The notes: a model not told the origin generated them from the letters alone. Positions 7,565 to 16,344 are shown, numbered from the stretch's first letter. The stretch is DNA of 17,561 nucleotides from an uncultured Clostridia bacterium (GCA_934647235.1 CAKUFG010000038.1:1-17561), one strand, 5' to 3'. Translations and numbers: made by a program.

Positions 7565-9760
7565 ATGATCGTCGTCGTAGCGGAAAAGCCCAGCGTGGGC
7601 CGCGATATTGCCCGCGTGCTGGGCTGCAGAACAGCTGGCGAGGGCTGCCTGTCCGGTGAGGGCTACACCGTCACCTGGGCCGTAGGCCATCTGGTTACGC
7701 TGTGCGAGCCGGATGAAATAGACGAAAAATATAAAAAATGGCGCATGGCCGATCTGCCCATGCTGCCTGAAACCCTGCCCACCAAGGTAATCTCCAAAAC
7801 AAAAAAGCAGTTCACCATCGTCAAAAAGCTGATCAACGCCCCCGATACCGAGCGGCTGATCTGCGCCACCGACGCCGGGCGCGAGGGCGAACTGATCTTC
7901 TACTATATTTATCAGCAGGCCAAGTGCAAAAAGCCCGTCGATCGGCTGTGGATCTCCTCTATGACAGACGAGGCCATCCGCGAGGGCTTCGCCCAGCTCA
8001 AGCCCGACAGCGAGTACGAAGGGCTGCGCAAAAGCGCCGTCTGCCGTTCCGAGGCCGATTGGCTGGTGGGCATGAACGCCAGCCGCGCCTTCACCCTGCG
8101 TTATGACGTGCTGCTGTCCGTCGGCCGGGTGCAAACGCCCACGCTGGCCATCCTGGTTAAGCGCAGGCGAGAAATCGACAGCTTCAAGCCCGAGGAATAC
8201 TATACCGTCACGGCCAATTTCGGCGATTATACCGGCCTGTGGTTTGATGAAAAAGCCCAGGATGAAAAGACCGCTCAGCGCATCGCTGCCCGCGAGCGCG
8301 CGGAGGAAATCGCCCAGGCCGTGCGCAAAAAGCCCGCCACGGTGCGTTCTGCTCAAAGCGAGCTCAAACGCGAGCTGCCGCCGCAGCTGTATGATCTGAC
8401 CTCGCTGCAGCGCGACGCCAACCGCATGCTGGGCTTCACCGCCGATAAAACGCTGAAAATCGCCCAGGCGCTCTACGAAAAGTGGAAGCTGCTCACCTAT
8501 CCCCGCACGGACAGCCGCTATCTGCCCCTGGATATGGTGCCCAAGCTTTACCAGACACTCAAGGCGCTGCCCTCTCCCTACCGCGAGCTGACCGCCGGCA
8601 TGGAGCGCAAGGAGGACGGCAAGCTCTATATTTCAAAACGCATTTTTGATAACAGCAAGGTGTCCGATCACCATGCCCTGCTGCCCACGCCCAAGACGGC
8701 CAATCTGGATCAGCTGCCGCCCGACGAACGCGCGCTGTACGATCTGGTAGTGCGCCGCATGCTGGCCGCCTTCCATCCTGCCTATGAGTACGACGCGCTC
8801 AAGGTGATTACCGATTGCGAAGCCCACGCCTTCCGTTCCACCGGGCGCACGGTGCGCAATCTGGGCTGGAAGGCGCTGTATCAGCAGGATCAGCCCGCCA
8901 GGAAGACCCGCAGCCGTAAAAAGGGAAGCGACGCAGAGGAAGGCGACGAGGGCGCGCTGCCGCCGCTGCAGCCCGGCGATACGCGCACGGTGGAAAAGGC
9001 TGATGTGCAGCAATGCGCCACCAAGCCGCCCGCCCCGCATACGGATGCAAGCCTGCTGGCCGCCATGGAGCACGCGGGCCGCGATATTGAGGACGAGGCG
9101 CTGCGCGAATCGATGAAGGGCGCGGGCCTGGGCACCCCGGCCACGCGCGCGGCGATCATTGAGCGGCTGCTGCAGGTGGGCTATGCCCAGCGCCGGGGCC
9201 GCGCCATCAACGCCACCGATAAGGGCATGCAGCTCATCGCCATTGCGCCGGATGAAATTGCTTCCCCCGAAACCACCGGCAAGTGGGAGCTGGCGCTGGA
9301 TGAAATTGCCCGCAATCAGCGCGATACCCAGCGCTTTATGGAGGGCATCCGCCGCATGAGCGCCTTTCTGGTATCCTATGCGCGCGATAACGCCCCCAAT
9401 GTGGATTTTCCCGAGGACATGAAGCGCGGAAAGCGCGGCGCGCGGCGTTCCTCCGCCATGCCTGTGCTGGCGGATGTGGTATGCCCGCTCTGCGGCAAGC
9501 CTGTGCAGGAGTCGGCCCGCGCCTTTGGCTGCACGGATTGGCGCAACGGCTGCGCCTTTACCCTGTGGAAGGATTGCCTCACCCGCGCCGGAGGGCCGGA
9601 GCTGAACGTCAGGATCGTGCAGCTGCTGCTCAAGAACGGCTCGGTCAAGGGCAGCACCGGCGCCCTGGCCCTGGCGGACGGTTATCTCACCTTTACAAAA
9701 AACGGCGAGGACGCCCCTGCCGCGCGGGTAAATATCCGCTATCAGCGGCCCAATAAATAA
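7565..9760 (+). CDS. topB: DNA topoisomerase III (type IA) with a C-terminal zinc-ribbon region
   Basis: The N-terminus MIVVVAEKPSVGRDIARVLGC (Toprim) and TWAVGHLV are typical of Firmicutes TopB. Cys motifs CPLCGKPV...GCTDWRNGC lie near the C-terminus. GAGGTGA at 7554-7560 sits 4 nt before ATG 7565. The track start at 7217 is an in-frame open stretch running through the repeat. Confidence 0.9.
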   Translation: MIVVVAEKPSVGRDIARVLGCRTAGEGCLSGEGYTVTWAVGHLVTLCEPDEIDEKYKKWRMADLPMLPETLPTKVISKTKKQFTIVKKLINAPDTERLICATDAGREGELIFYYIYQQAKCKKPVDRLWISSMTDEAIREGFAQLKPDSEYEGLRKSAVCRSEADWLVGMNASRAFTLRYDVLLSVGRVQTPTLAILVKRRREIDSFKPEEYYTVTANFGDYTGLWFDEKAQDEKTAQRIAARERAEEIAQAVRKKPATVRSAQSELKRELPPQLYDLTSLQRDANRMLGFTADKTLKIAQALYEKWKLLTYPRTDSRYLPLDMVPKLYQTLKALPSPYRELTAGMERKEDGKLYISKRIFDNSKVSDHHALLPTPKTANLDQLPPDERALYDLVVRRMLAAFHPAYEYDALKVITDCEAHAFRSTGRTVRNLGWKALYQQDQPARKTRSRKKGSDAEEGDEGALPPLQPGDTRTVEKADVQQCATKPPAPHTDASLLAAMEHAGRDIEDEALRESMKGAGLGTPATRAAIIERLLQVGYAQRRGRAINATDKGMQLIAIAPDEIASPETTGKWELALDEIARNQRDTQRFMEGIRRMSAFLVSYARDNAPNVDFPEDMKRGKRGARRSSAMPVLADVVCPLCGKPVQESARAFGCTDWRNGCAFTLWKDCLTRAGGPELNVRIVQLLLKNGSVKGSTGALALADGYLTFTKNGEDAPAARVNIRYQRPNK

Positions 9761-9819
9761 AAAACGCGCCGTAAAATAAGAAAAAACGCCGTTGCTGGCA
9801 ATTCCAATCGCAATTTTTC

Positions 9820-9848
9820 TTGACTTGAAACCAACTCTATGCTATATA
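9820..9848 (+). promoter_or_regulatory. Promoter TTGACT-17 nt-TATATA for the aldo/keto reductase gene
   Basis: TTGACT at 9820-9825, spacer tgaaaccaactctatgc (17 nt), TATATA at 9843-9848. This leaves a leader of about 90 nt before ATG 9944. Confidence 0.5.
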
Positions 9849-9943
9849 CGAAATGAAAAGCCGCAAGCGTCAGGCGGACTTTGCAGGCGCGGGGAAGCGT
9901 GTGCTCTGATTACAGGGATGACAGTAAAAAGGAGAAAACCAGC

Positions 9944-11080
9944 ATGATTTACAAAGAATTTCAGGGATTGAAGCTATCTGCCCTTGGTATGGGCAACATG
10001 CGTCTGCCTACGCTGGAGGGCGACGACAGCCGCATCGACGAGGCTGCGGCCGAGCAGCTTCTGGATTACTGCATGGCCCACGGCGTCAACTATTACGATA
10101 CCGCCTGGGGCTATCACAGCGGCAATTCCGAGCTAGTGGTGGGCAAGCTGCTGGCCAGGTATCCGCGCGGCAGCTTCTACCTGGCCTCCAAGTTTCCCGG
10201 CTACAGCCTGAGCAACATGGGCAAGACGGAGGAAATCTTTGAAAAACAGCTGCAGAAGTGCCGCGTGGATTACTTTGATTTCTATCTGTTCCACAACGTG
10301 TGCGAGATGAACATCGACGCCTACCTGGATCCCAAGTACGGCACCTATGATTACCTGATGGCGCAAAAGCGCAGCGGCCGCATCCGCCACCTGGGCTTCT
10401 CCGCGCATGGCGATATTCCCACCATCCGCCGATTCCTGGAAGCCTATGGCAAGGATATGGAGTTTGCGCAGATCGAGCTGAATTATTATGACTGGAATTT
10501 CCAGAACGCCAAGGGCAAGCTGGAGCAGCTGCGGCAGTGGAACATCCCCGTATGGGTGATGGAGCCGGTGCGCGGCGGCCAGCTGGCTTCGCTTGCGCCC
10601 GAGGATGAAGCGCTGCTTAAGGCCGCCCGCCCCGATGAGAGTGTGCCCGCCTGGGCGTTCCGCTTTCTGCAAAGCCTGCCGGATGTTACCGTTACGCTGT
10701 CGGGCATGAGCAATCTGCAGCAGGTTAAGGAAAACATCGCTACCTACGAGCAGGCCAGGCCCCTCAATGAGCAGGAAACGGCGCTGGTGCTGTCCATTGC
10801 GGACGGCATGATCCGCCGCACCACGGTGCCCTGCACGGCCTGCCGCTACTGCGTAAGCCATTGCCCCAGGCACCTGCCCATTCCCGATCTGCTCAAATTG
10901 TACAACGAGGCCATGGTGGCGGGCTCGGGCATGTTCATCGCGCCCATGGCGCTGTCGGCCATTCCTGCCGGGCATCAGCCCTCCGCTTGTATAGCCTGCC
11001 ATAGCTGCGAAAAGGTCTGTCCCCAGCAGATTCATATTCCCGACGCGCTGGCGGATTTTGCCCGCCGGATGGGAAAGTAA
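9944..11080 (+). CDS. Aldo/keto reductase with a C-terminal 2x[4Fe-4S]-type cysteine domain (COG1453-like)
   Basis: The N-terminus MIYKEFQGLKLSALGMGNMRLP and YYDTAWGYHSG are AKR-like. Two CxxCxxCxxxCP motifs are present (CTACRYCVSHCP, CIACHSCEKVCP). AAAGGAG at 9928-9934 lies 9 nt before the ATG. The track start at 9881 lacks an SD. Confidence 0.8.
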   Translation: MIYKEFQGLKLSALGMGNMRLPTLEGDDSRIDEAAAEQLLDYCMAHGVNYYDTAWGYHSGNSELVVGKLLARYPRGSFYLASKFPGYSLSNMGKTEEIFEKQLQKCRVDYFDFYLFHNVCEMNIDAYLDPKYGTYDYLMAQKRSGRIRHLGFSAHGDIPTIRRFLEAYGKDMEFAQIELNYYDWNFQNAKGKLEQLRQWNIPVWVMEPVRGGQLASLAPEDEALLKAARPDESVPAWAFRFLQSLPDVTVTLSGMSNLQQVKENIATYEQARPLNEQETALVLSIADGMIRRTTVPCTACRYCVSHCPRHLPIPDLLKLYNEAMVAGSGMFIAPMALSAIPAGHQPSACIACHSCEKVCPQQIHIPDALADFARRMGK

Positions 11081-11096
11081 AAGCAGAAAGCGCGCG

Positions 11097-11126
11097 TTGA
11101 CTTATAAATCCGCTTCATGCTACAAT
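11097..11126 (+). promoter_or_regulatory. Promoter TTGACT-18 nt-TACAAT
   Basis: TTGACT at 11097-11102 and TACAAT at 11121-11126, about 24 nt upstream of ATG 11150. Confidence 0.5.
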
Positions 11127-11149
11127 ATCAGGACAAGGAGGCGAAAGCA

Positions 11150-11800
11150 ATGAAGCAAAAGCGTTTCGCGGCTTTTCTGATGGCGGCTGTCCTGCTGCTG
11201 TGCGCGGGCAGCGCGCAGGCGCTGGGCAATAAGATGATGGGCAATATCAAATACGGCGTGCCGGTGCCCTATGAGAACCTGGTGTATGGGTATGCGCTGA
11301 ACGTTCATGCGCGCTTTGATATGTACGGCGACGCTGTGATGGAGTACTACCTTAAGCAGCTTGACGAGGAGCAGGATGAGAACGATGATTATATCTATGA
11401 CGCGCGCGTCTGGCGCTCGCCGGATGCTAAATATTTGCTCGAAATCCAGGTGAAGGAGCCCACCTATGAAACCTTTGCGCAGGAGATTGAGAAGGCGCCG
11501 TATTATGCAGAAGAACTGCTGAAAAGGCAGGAGGATACGCAGAAGCAGCAGGTTAAGCAGCTGCACGACGGCATCCTGCGCGATACGCCTGCGGGACAGA
11601 TGCTGGAAATGGCCATATCCTATCTGACGACGGCGGATGACGACAGCACCGTGCCCACCACCGCTGTGTATTATGATTTTTACGCCAACGGCTATGAGTA
11701 TGTTTTTATCCTGACAAGCTTTAACGGCACCTATGAGGATACGCAAAAGCTGCTGGACAGCATCATGCAGACCGTAGCGATCTGGCAGGTGGCTGCGTGA
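11150..11800 (+). CDS. Secreted acidic protein of unknown function
   Basis: Signal peptide MKQKRFAAFLMAAVLLLCAGSAQA with an AxA cleavage site. AAGGAGG at 11135-11141 lies 8 nt before ATG 11150. I recognise no domain. Confidence 0.6.
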   Translation: MKQKRFAAFLMAAVLLLCAGSAQALGNKMMGNIKYGVPVPYENLVYGYALNVHARFDMYGDAVMEYYLKQLDEEQDENDDYIYDARVWRSPDAKYLLEIQVKEPTYETFAQEIEKAPYYAEELLKRQEDTQKQQVKQLHDGILRDTPAGQMLEMAISYLTTADDDSTVPTTAVYYDFYANGYEYVFILTSFNGTYEDTQKLLDSIMQTVAIWQVAA

Positions 11801-12459
11801 TGGAAAAGCCCGTTCGCAGCGCGGCGGCCTTTGATTTTGACGGCACGCTCATCCGCGGCGACAGCATTGCGCAGCTGGTGATCTACGGCCTGAAAAAGGG
11901 CAGAATCAGCCTGCCTGCGGCGCTTTGGTCGGCGCTGGCCGGCGTGCTGTATCATATGCATCTGGTGGGCGAAATGACGGCCAAGCGCGCGGGGCACGGC
12001 TTCCTGGCGCGTATGGAAGCGGCGGAGCGCGAGGCCTTCCTTCAGAACTTTGCCGGCCTGATCTGCAAAAAAATCCGCCCCCAGGGGCTGGAGGCGATCA
12101 GAAAGCATCAAAGCCAGGGCGATGCGGTGATCCTGTGCAGCGCCAGCTGTGCGTGCTATATGCGCCATGTGGCGCGGTATCTGGGCGTGGACGCGCTGCT
12201 GTGTACGCCCACGGACGCGCAGGGGCAGCCTCAGCCGCCTAACTGCAAGCGTGGCGAAAAGGTGCGCCGCATCACACAGTGGTTGGAGAAGCAGAGCAGC
12301 AATATCAGCGCGCTGCGTACCGCCTATGGCGACAGTGCGGGTGACGTGCAGATGCTGTCCGCCTGCAAAACTCCTGTGCTGGTGCATCCCAGGCGCGCGC
12401 TGCGCAGGGCCTTCCCAAAGGCCGAGCGCGTAAGCTGGCCCGAGCCGAATCATCCATAA
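11800..12459 (+). CDS. HAD-superfamily hydrolase, subfamily IB (PSPase-like)
   Basis: AAFDFDGTLIRGDS (DxDxT motif I) and YGDSAGD (motif IV-like). ATG 11800 shares its A with the upstream TGA at 11798-11800. GTG 11797 is the track alternative. Confidence 0.75.
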   Translation: MEKPVRSAAAFDFDGTLIRGDSIAQLVIYGLKKGRISLPAALWSALAGVLYHMHLVGEMTAKRAGHGFLARMEAAEREAFLQNFAGLICKKIRPQGLEAIRKHQSQGDAVILCSASCACYMRHVARYLGVDALLCTPTDAQGQPQPPNCKRGEKVRRITQWLEKQSSNISALRTAYGDSAGDVQMLSACKTPVLVHPRRALRRAFPKAERVSWPEPNHP

Positions 12460-12467
12460 AAACAACT

Positions 12468-12512
12468 GAGCCCTCGCATTTTATCTGCGAAGGCTCGGCT
12501 TTCTTTATTTTT
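12468..12512. terminator. Bidirectional intrinsic terminator between convergent genes
   Basis: GAGCCCTCGC (12468-12477) pairs with GCGAAGGCTC (12487-12496), giving a 10-bp stem with one C/A mismatch. It is followed by ggcTTTCTTTATTTTT on the + strand and preceded by an A-rich run that gives TTGTTTTTA on the - strand. Confidence 0.65.
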
Positions 12513-12957
12513 CCTTCTTTTCCCGCCAATGCTGCAGCTGGGGCAGCTGTGCCTCAAAGTAGGCGCGCGCCTGCTCGGCAGGCCAATTCTCATTGGACAT
12601 GTGCTCCACCAGAAAATCGGTCAGCGTTTGCAGATCCTGATAGGCAAACTGCCCGTCGGCATAGCACCACTTGCAGTAGTCCTCGTTGAAGGCGCCGTCC
12701 GGCTCGCGGCTGAGCAGCGAATCCTCCAGCGGCATGCCGCAGCACTGGCAGATCAGCTTGCGCGGCGCGCCCAGCAGCGTGTTGATCGATACGTCAAACA
12801 GCGCGGACAGGAGCTTGAGCGTGTCCGGATTGGGCACGGTTTCGCCGTTTTCCCAGCGGGAAACCGCCTGACGGGTAACAAATACCTTTTCGGCCAGCTC
12901 ATCCTGAGACAGGCCGTTTTTTATGCGCAGGGACAGGATTACATCCTTGGTAGCCAT
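12505..12957 (-). CDS. XRE-family HTH transcriptional regulator with a C-terminal zinc-ribbon domain
   Basis: LSQDELAEKVFVTRQAVSRWENGETVP (HTH_3-like), followed by CQCCGMPL...YCKWCY (CxxC...CxxC). GAGGTGA lies 6 nt before ATG 12957. Confidence 0.8.
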   Translation of the reverse strand: MATKDVILSLRIKNGLSQDELAEKVFVTRQAVSRWENGETVPNPDTLKLLSALFDVSINTLLGAPRKLICQCCGMPLEDSLLSREPDGAFNEDYCKWCYADGQFAYQDLQTLTDFLVEHMSNENWPAEQARAYFEAQLPQLQHWREKKEK

Positions 12958-13025
12958 TGCTTATCACCTCGCGTATAGAATACCGCAGATTACGGGATAA
13001 AACAAGCAACTATCTGTTGCGCAGG

Positions 13026-14000
13026 TTAATTCTGATGGGCGATCTGCTGCTCCGTGATCAGCGGATAGCGAATCAGTGCGGAGCCGTTCAGGTTCTCGCG
13101 GTGCATATCCACGGCGGTGATCTGCCTGTTTTCGTAGGTGGTGTAATAGTAAATGCCGCGCGCGGCGTTGAAGCAGGAGGTGTACAGGGTGATTTCATAT
13201 TGCCCGTCGCGTACTTCACAGCAGCCGCGCTGCTGCTCCACCGCCCCTAATATATGGAAAAACTGGCTGACGCTTTCGGTTTCCGAATTGCCGGAGGCGG
13301 CATTCATCCGCGTGAAAGCCACCCGCACAAAGCGCGATGCGGAGGACAGATCGCCCGGCAGCCCCAGCGCGCCCATGCCGCGGCTGTAGGGAGCCAGCGG
13401 CAGCTGCGGCGCAAAGCGGTTTTCAGGCTGCCTGGGGGAAAGGCTCATATAGTTGTTCAGCTGAAATAGCTGCTGCGGAAAGGGCGGATTGTTGGTCAGC
13501 ACGCCCACCGGGTTATCATAGATGTGCAGCCCATCAGCCATGGATTCAATCACCACGGCCTGATGCTGATCGGCCAGCAGCCAGTGCAGCTGCGCGGCGG
13601 GAAGCTGCGCGCTGAAGGGCGTGCCGACCAGATTGAGCCGCGCCAGCCTGTCGCGAGCCTCCGCTACGCTGGCGCACTGCCCCAGAAGATAGGGGATCAG
13701 CTCAAACTGCGCCACGTTTTCGCGGCCTGGAATCACATCGGCATAGGCGGCGCTGCCCACAAAATTCAGCCCCGCCATGCACAGGCCATGTTCATTCATG
13801 GCATCGTAATACAGCGGATAATCCTGCGCCACATGCGCCATGCCGATCATGGCATAGGGATGCTCCAGCAGTCCGGCATGGCGAAACGCAAAGGCATAGC
13901 CGCGCGGGGTGATCGTCACCTCGTCGCCATAGGAAAACTCATAATCCAGCGTTCGGCCAAAGTAAAAGTCGCGGGTTTGATAGGTTGCCGCCGTGCACAT
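13026..14000 (-). CDS. bsh: Choloylglycine (bile salt) hydrolase, Ntn-hydrolase family
   Basis: The protein starts MCTAATY (Cys2 nucleophile). It carries GRTLD, VLTNNPPF, LPGDLSSASRFVRVAF and YYYTTYENRQITAVDMHRENLNG, which closely parallel the Clostridium perfringens CBAH sequence as I recall it. Length is 324 aa. Confidence 0.9.
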   Translation of the reverse strand: MCTAATYQTRDFYFGRTLDYEFSYGDEVTITPRGYAFAFRHAGLLEHPYAMIGMAHVAQDYPLYYDAMNEHGLCMAGLNFVGSAAYADVIPGRENVAQFELIPYLLGQCASVAEARDRLARLNLVGTPFSAQLPAAQLHWLLADQHQAVVIESMADGLHIYDNPVGVLTNNPPFPQQLFQLNNYMSLSPRQPENRFAPQLPLAPYSRGMGALGLPGDLSSASRFVRVAFTRMNAASGNSETESVSQFFHILGAVEQQRGCCEVRDGQYEITLYTSCFNAARGIYYYTTYENRQITAVDMHRENLNGSALIRYPLITEQQIAHQN

Positions 14001-14027
14001 GCGCCGTCGTCCTCATTTCTTTTTTGA

Positions 14028-14792
14028 TTAGCTTTTGCTGTTTGCCCCTGCGCTATGCAGCCTGCCCGCATAGCAGCGGGTGATATAAGGATAGGCAACT
14101 GTGCCGTCCTGGCAGTAAGCGTCAAACAGCTTTTCCAGCGCGGCGCGATAGGCGGCATAGCCGTCCTCCTGCGGCGCGGGGGCAAAGGAGGAGGACAGGC
14201 TGCGCAGCACAAAGGCTTCGCGGTCGTAAAGCTGGAGATAATCCAGCGAAATCAGCTGATAATCTCCGCCGAAGAAGCTGCGAAAGGTTGCGTCGTCAAA
14301 ATTCAGCCCGTTGGAAAAGCCCCGAAAGCGCGGGCAGTATTGGCGGTTTATGGCATAGTTTTCCGCAATCAGCGGGCTGGCTTCATCGCGCACGTTCCAG
14401 ATCAGCAGCACGCGCCCGTTTGAACGCAGCAGCCGCAGGCATTCTGACCGGAACACGGCAGGATCAAACCAGTGAAACGCCTGCGCGGCGGTGATCACAT
14501 CCACGCTGCAATCGGGCAGGGGAATGCTCTCGGCGCTGCCGCACAGGGGAGACAAGATGACGTCTGCCTGCATGGAGGCGCGCATATCGTCGTTTGGCTC
14601 CACAGCATATACTTTGCCAACATAGGCGGCCAGTTGCCTGGAAAAGATGCCCGTACCCGCGCCTACATCCGCGGCGATATCCGTGGGGGCAAGCAGCTCG
14701 GCGCTTTGCAGGCGCGCAAATAACGCCGGCGGATAGGCAGGCCGCCCCTGCTGGTACACGCCGCCTTTGTGATCAAACTGCCGCTCGTTCAT
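14028..14792 (-). CDS. Class I SAM-dependent methyltransferase (Methyltransf_11-like)
   Basis: Motif I is DIAADVGAGTGIFSRQLA. I set the start at ATG 14792 (MNERQFDHKGG) because GGAGGA lies 7 nt upstream. The track start at 14897 would run through the upstream terminator. Confidence 0.75.
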   Translation of the reverse strand: MNERQFDHKGGVYQQGRPAYPPALFARLQSAELLAPTDIAADVGAGTGIFSRQLAAYVGKVYAVEPNDDMRASMQADVILSPLCGSAESIPLPDCSVDVITAAQAFHWFDPAVFRSECLRLLRSNGRVLLIWNVRDEASPLIAENYAINRQYCPRFRGFSNGLNFDDATFRSFFGGDYQLISLDYLQLYDREAFVLRSLSSSFAPAPQEDGYAAYRAALEKLFDAYCQDGTVAYPYITRCYAGRLHSAGANSKS

Positions 14793-14826
14793 GCCAGAAT
14801 CCTCCGTAAAAAGAATGCTATCTTTT

Positions 14827-14855
14827 ATTATAGCCGATTCTGGTTGAAGCGTAAA
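14827..14855 (-). promoter_or_regulatory. Candidate promoter TTTACG-17 nt-TATAAT for the methyltransferase-bsh operon
   Basis: rc of 14850-14855 is TTTACG and rc of 14827-14832 is TATAAT, with a 17-nt spacer. It overlaps the U-tail of the upstream terminator. Confidence 0.4.
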
Positions 14856-14880
14856 GCAAAAGCCCGCCGGAAAGGCGGGC
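14853..14880 (-). terminator. Intrinsic terminator of the HMA gene
   Basis: GCCCGCC (14862-14868) pairs with GGCGGGC (14874-14880) around a 5-nt loop. On the minus strand it is followed by TTTTGCTTT. It lies 27 nt after the stop at 14907. Confidence 0.75.
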
Positions 14881-14906
14881 TGAGGCTTGGCGGGCAACGG
14901 GCTGCA

Positions 14907-15164
14907 TCAGCGCTTGAACATGCCAAACAGCCCCTTCTTTTCAAAGGGCCGCAGGGTTACGTCTGTTACGGTGTAGCCGGTATCACCGATGGCTTTGCGC
15001 AGGGCGGCCTCATCCAGCGGGCCATCGGACAGGATAACCGCCTGCCCCTTGCTGTGGGAAGCGGACACTTTTTTGATGTTAAACTTGCTGCGGATCACAT
15101 CGCTGACATGCGCTTCGCACATGCCGCACATCATACCGTCAATTTTTACGGTGGTTTCAATCAT
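14907..15164 (-). CDS. Heavy-metal-associated (HMA) domain protein, CopZ-like metallochaperone
   Basis: The 85-aa protein carries GMMCGMCEAHV (MxCxxC metal-binding motif) in a ferredoxin-like-sized domain. AAAGGAG lies upstream of ATG 15164. Confidence 0.8.
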   Translation of the reverse strand: MIETTVKIDGMMCGMCEAHVSDVIRSKFNIKKVSASHSKGQAVILSDGPLDEAALRKAIGDTGYTVTDVTLRPFEKKGLFGMFKR

Positions 15165-15214
15165 GGGAGACAGCTCCTTTCAAAGCAATGATTAGATTTC
15201 TCTAACCGATGCGT

Positions 15215-15243
15215 AGTATACAACACGGAAGGGGATGTGTCAA
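15215..15243 (-). promoter_or_regulatory. Strong promoter TTGACA-17 nt-TATACT for the HMA gene
   Basis: rc of 15238-15243 is TTGACA and rc of 15215-15220 is TATACT, with a 17-nt spacer. Confidence 0.6.
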
Positions 15244-15245
15244 GA

Positions 15246-15281
15246 TAAAAACCCCGCCGGATGTCTTACCACCTGGCGGGG
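15246..15281 (-). terminator. Intrinsic terminator of the low-GC secreted-protein gene
   Basis: CCCCGCCGG (15252-15260) pairs with CCTGGCGGGG (15272-15281). On the minus strand the hairpin is followed by TTTTTAT. Confidence 0.7.
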
Positions 15282-15305
15282 GAATGCGTTCAGCGCAAAG
15301 GCGCG

Positions 15306-16226
15306 TCACGGCGTGGACGATTTCTCGCTGTTTTGAAAGTAGGGCGTCAGCAATTGACTATTTGCAGCCCAAGGATGCGTTTTGCACCAGGCTTCAAACA
15401 CTGGTTTCCATTCGGTTAGGTATGCTTCAGCTTCTGCTTGTGAAAGATTTCCACTGAAAAGCTTATCGTATTTAGATATTTGCTCATACCAATCGTCTCC
15501 GTATACTGAATCAAAAAAACTTTGATCTTCTGTAAAGTAAGATGTGTAATCCTGCTGAGCCGGAGTTAGGCTCATGCAGCTGCCGTCATAACCATATGCC
15601 GCCTTCCAGGCTACCGCGCCATTGCTGTAAGCGTATACGATCCAGACGGGGATTTCACCGCTGTTAAAGTGCCGCTCAAACAAGAACTTTGCCTGATAGC
15701 TGAACTTTTCCGGCGCTAAGCCATATTCCGTCGCCATACCATCCTTCATTTTCTCGATAACAGCGCTTTCCTGTATATCGCTGGGCAAAGGCGTTACCTC
15801 TGTGCCACAAAGCATAATATCTTCCGATTCGCCGGCCTCATAGTGAGCGCCATGTGCTTGCCAGTACACCAGATCTCCATTTCGGCTAAGATATAGCAAA
15901 TGAAAGCCTCGGTGTTGACCGTTATATCCAGGAAAGGTTTTTACATGAACCTGCCACTTGGCGGCTTCATCAGCTACGTATACATTCTTTCCGTTAATAT
16001 TCCGCAAGCTCTGATGCTGCAGTAACCGGATATTCATTTGTGCTATCTGAAGTGTTTCAAAAGGGATACCGCACTTCACCGAGAAAAATGCCGCTGCACG
16101 GGCGTGTACTTCTTCTATCGTCAGATCGTCAGGACCTGGTTTGAGCTCTACTTCAGTATCTGCCAATGCGCCTGCCGTCAGGCAAAGCAGCAGAATCGTT
16201 ATCAATAAAACAAGCGTCTTTTTCAT
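15306..16226 (-). CDS. Secreted protein of unknown function, low-GC gene
   Basis: Signal peptide MKKTLVLLITILLLCLTAGALA with an AxA site. AGGAGGA lies 8 nt before ATG 16226. The 306-aa protein appears to contain two similar alpha/beta modules, and I recognise no family. Confidence 0.65.
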   Translation of the reverse strand: MKKTLVLLITILLLCLTAGALADTEVELKPGPDDLTIEEVHARAAAFFSVKCGIPFETLQIAQMNIRLLQHQSLRNINGKNVYVADEAAKWQVHVKTFPGYNGQHRGFHLLYLSRNGDLVYWQAHGAHYEAGESEDIMLCGTEVTPLPSDIQESAVIEKMKDGMATEYGLAPEKFSYQAKFLFERHFNSGEIPVWIVYAYSNGAVAWKAAYGYDGSCMSLTPAQQDYTSYFTEDQSFFDSVYGDDWYEQISKYDKLFSGNLSQAEAEAYLTEWKPVFEAWCKTHPWAANSQLLTPYFQNSEKSSTP

Positions 16227-16299
16227 AATCTCTATCCTCCTGTTCTGTGTAGGTAGGGGAATACTGCCCTTTCACAAATAAAGACGAAATGAATAGACA

Positions 16300-16328
16300 A
16301 TTTTATCCACATTTTAAAGAATTTACAA
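16300..16328 (-). promoter_or_regulatory. Candidate promoter TTGTAA-17 nt-TAAAAT for the secreted-protein gene
   Basis: rc of 16323-16328 is TTGTAA and rc of 16300-16305 is TAAAAT, with a 17-nt spacer. Confidence 0.4.
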
Positions 16329-16344
16329 TTGCTGTTTTCCTCAA

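Noticed and set aside
9849-9943. The ~90-nt leader of the aldo/keto reductase gene as a possible riboswitch.
   Set aside because: Only short weak hairpins are present (for example CCGC-aagcgtcag-GCGG), and it bears no resemblance to any riboswitch consensus I know.
14793-14897. The N-terminal 35-codon extension of the methyltransferase ORF.
   Set aside because: It would read through the HMA terminator hairpin and the candidate promoter. ATG 14792 has a GGAGGA SD.
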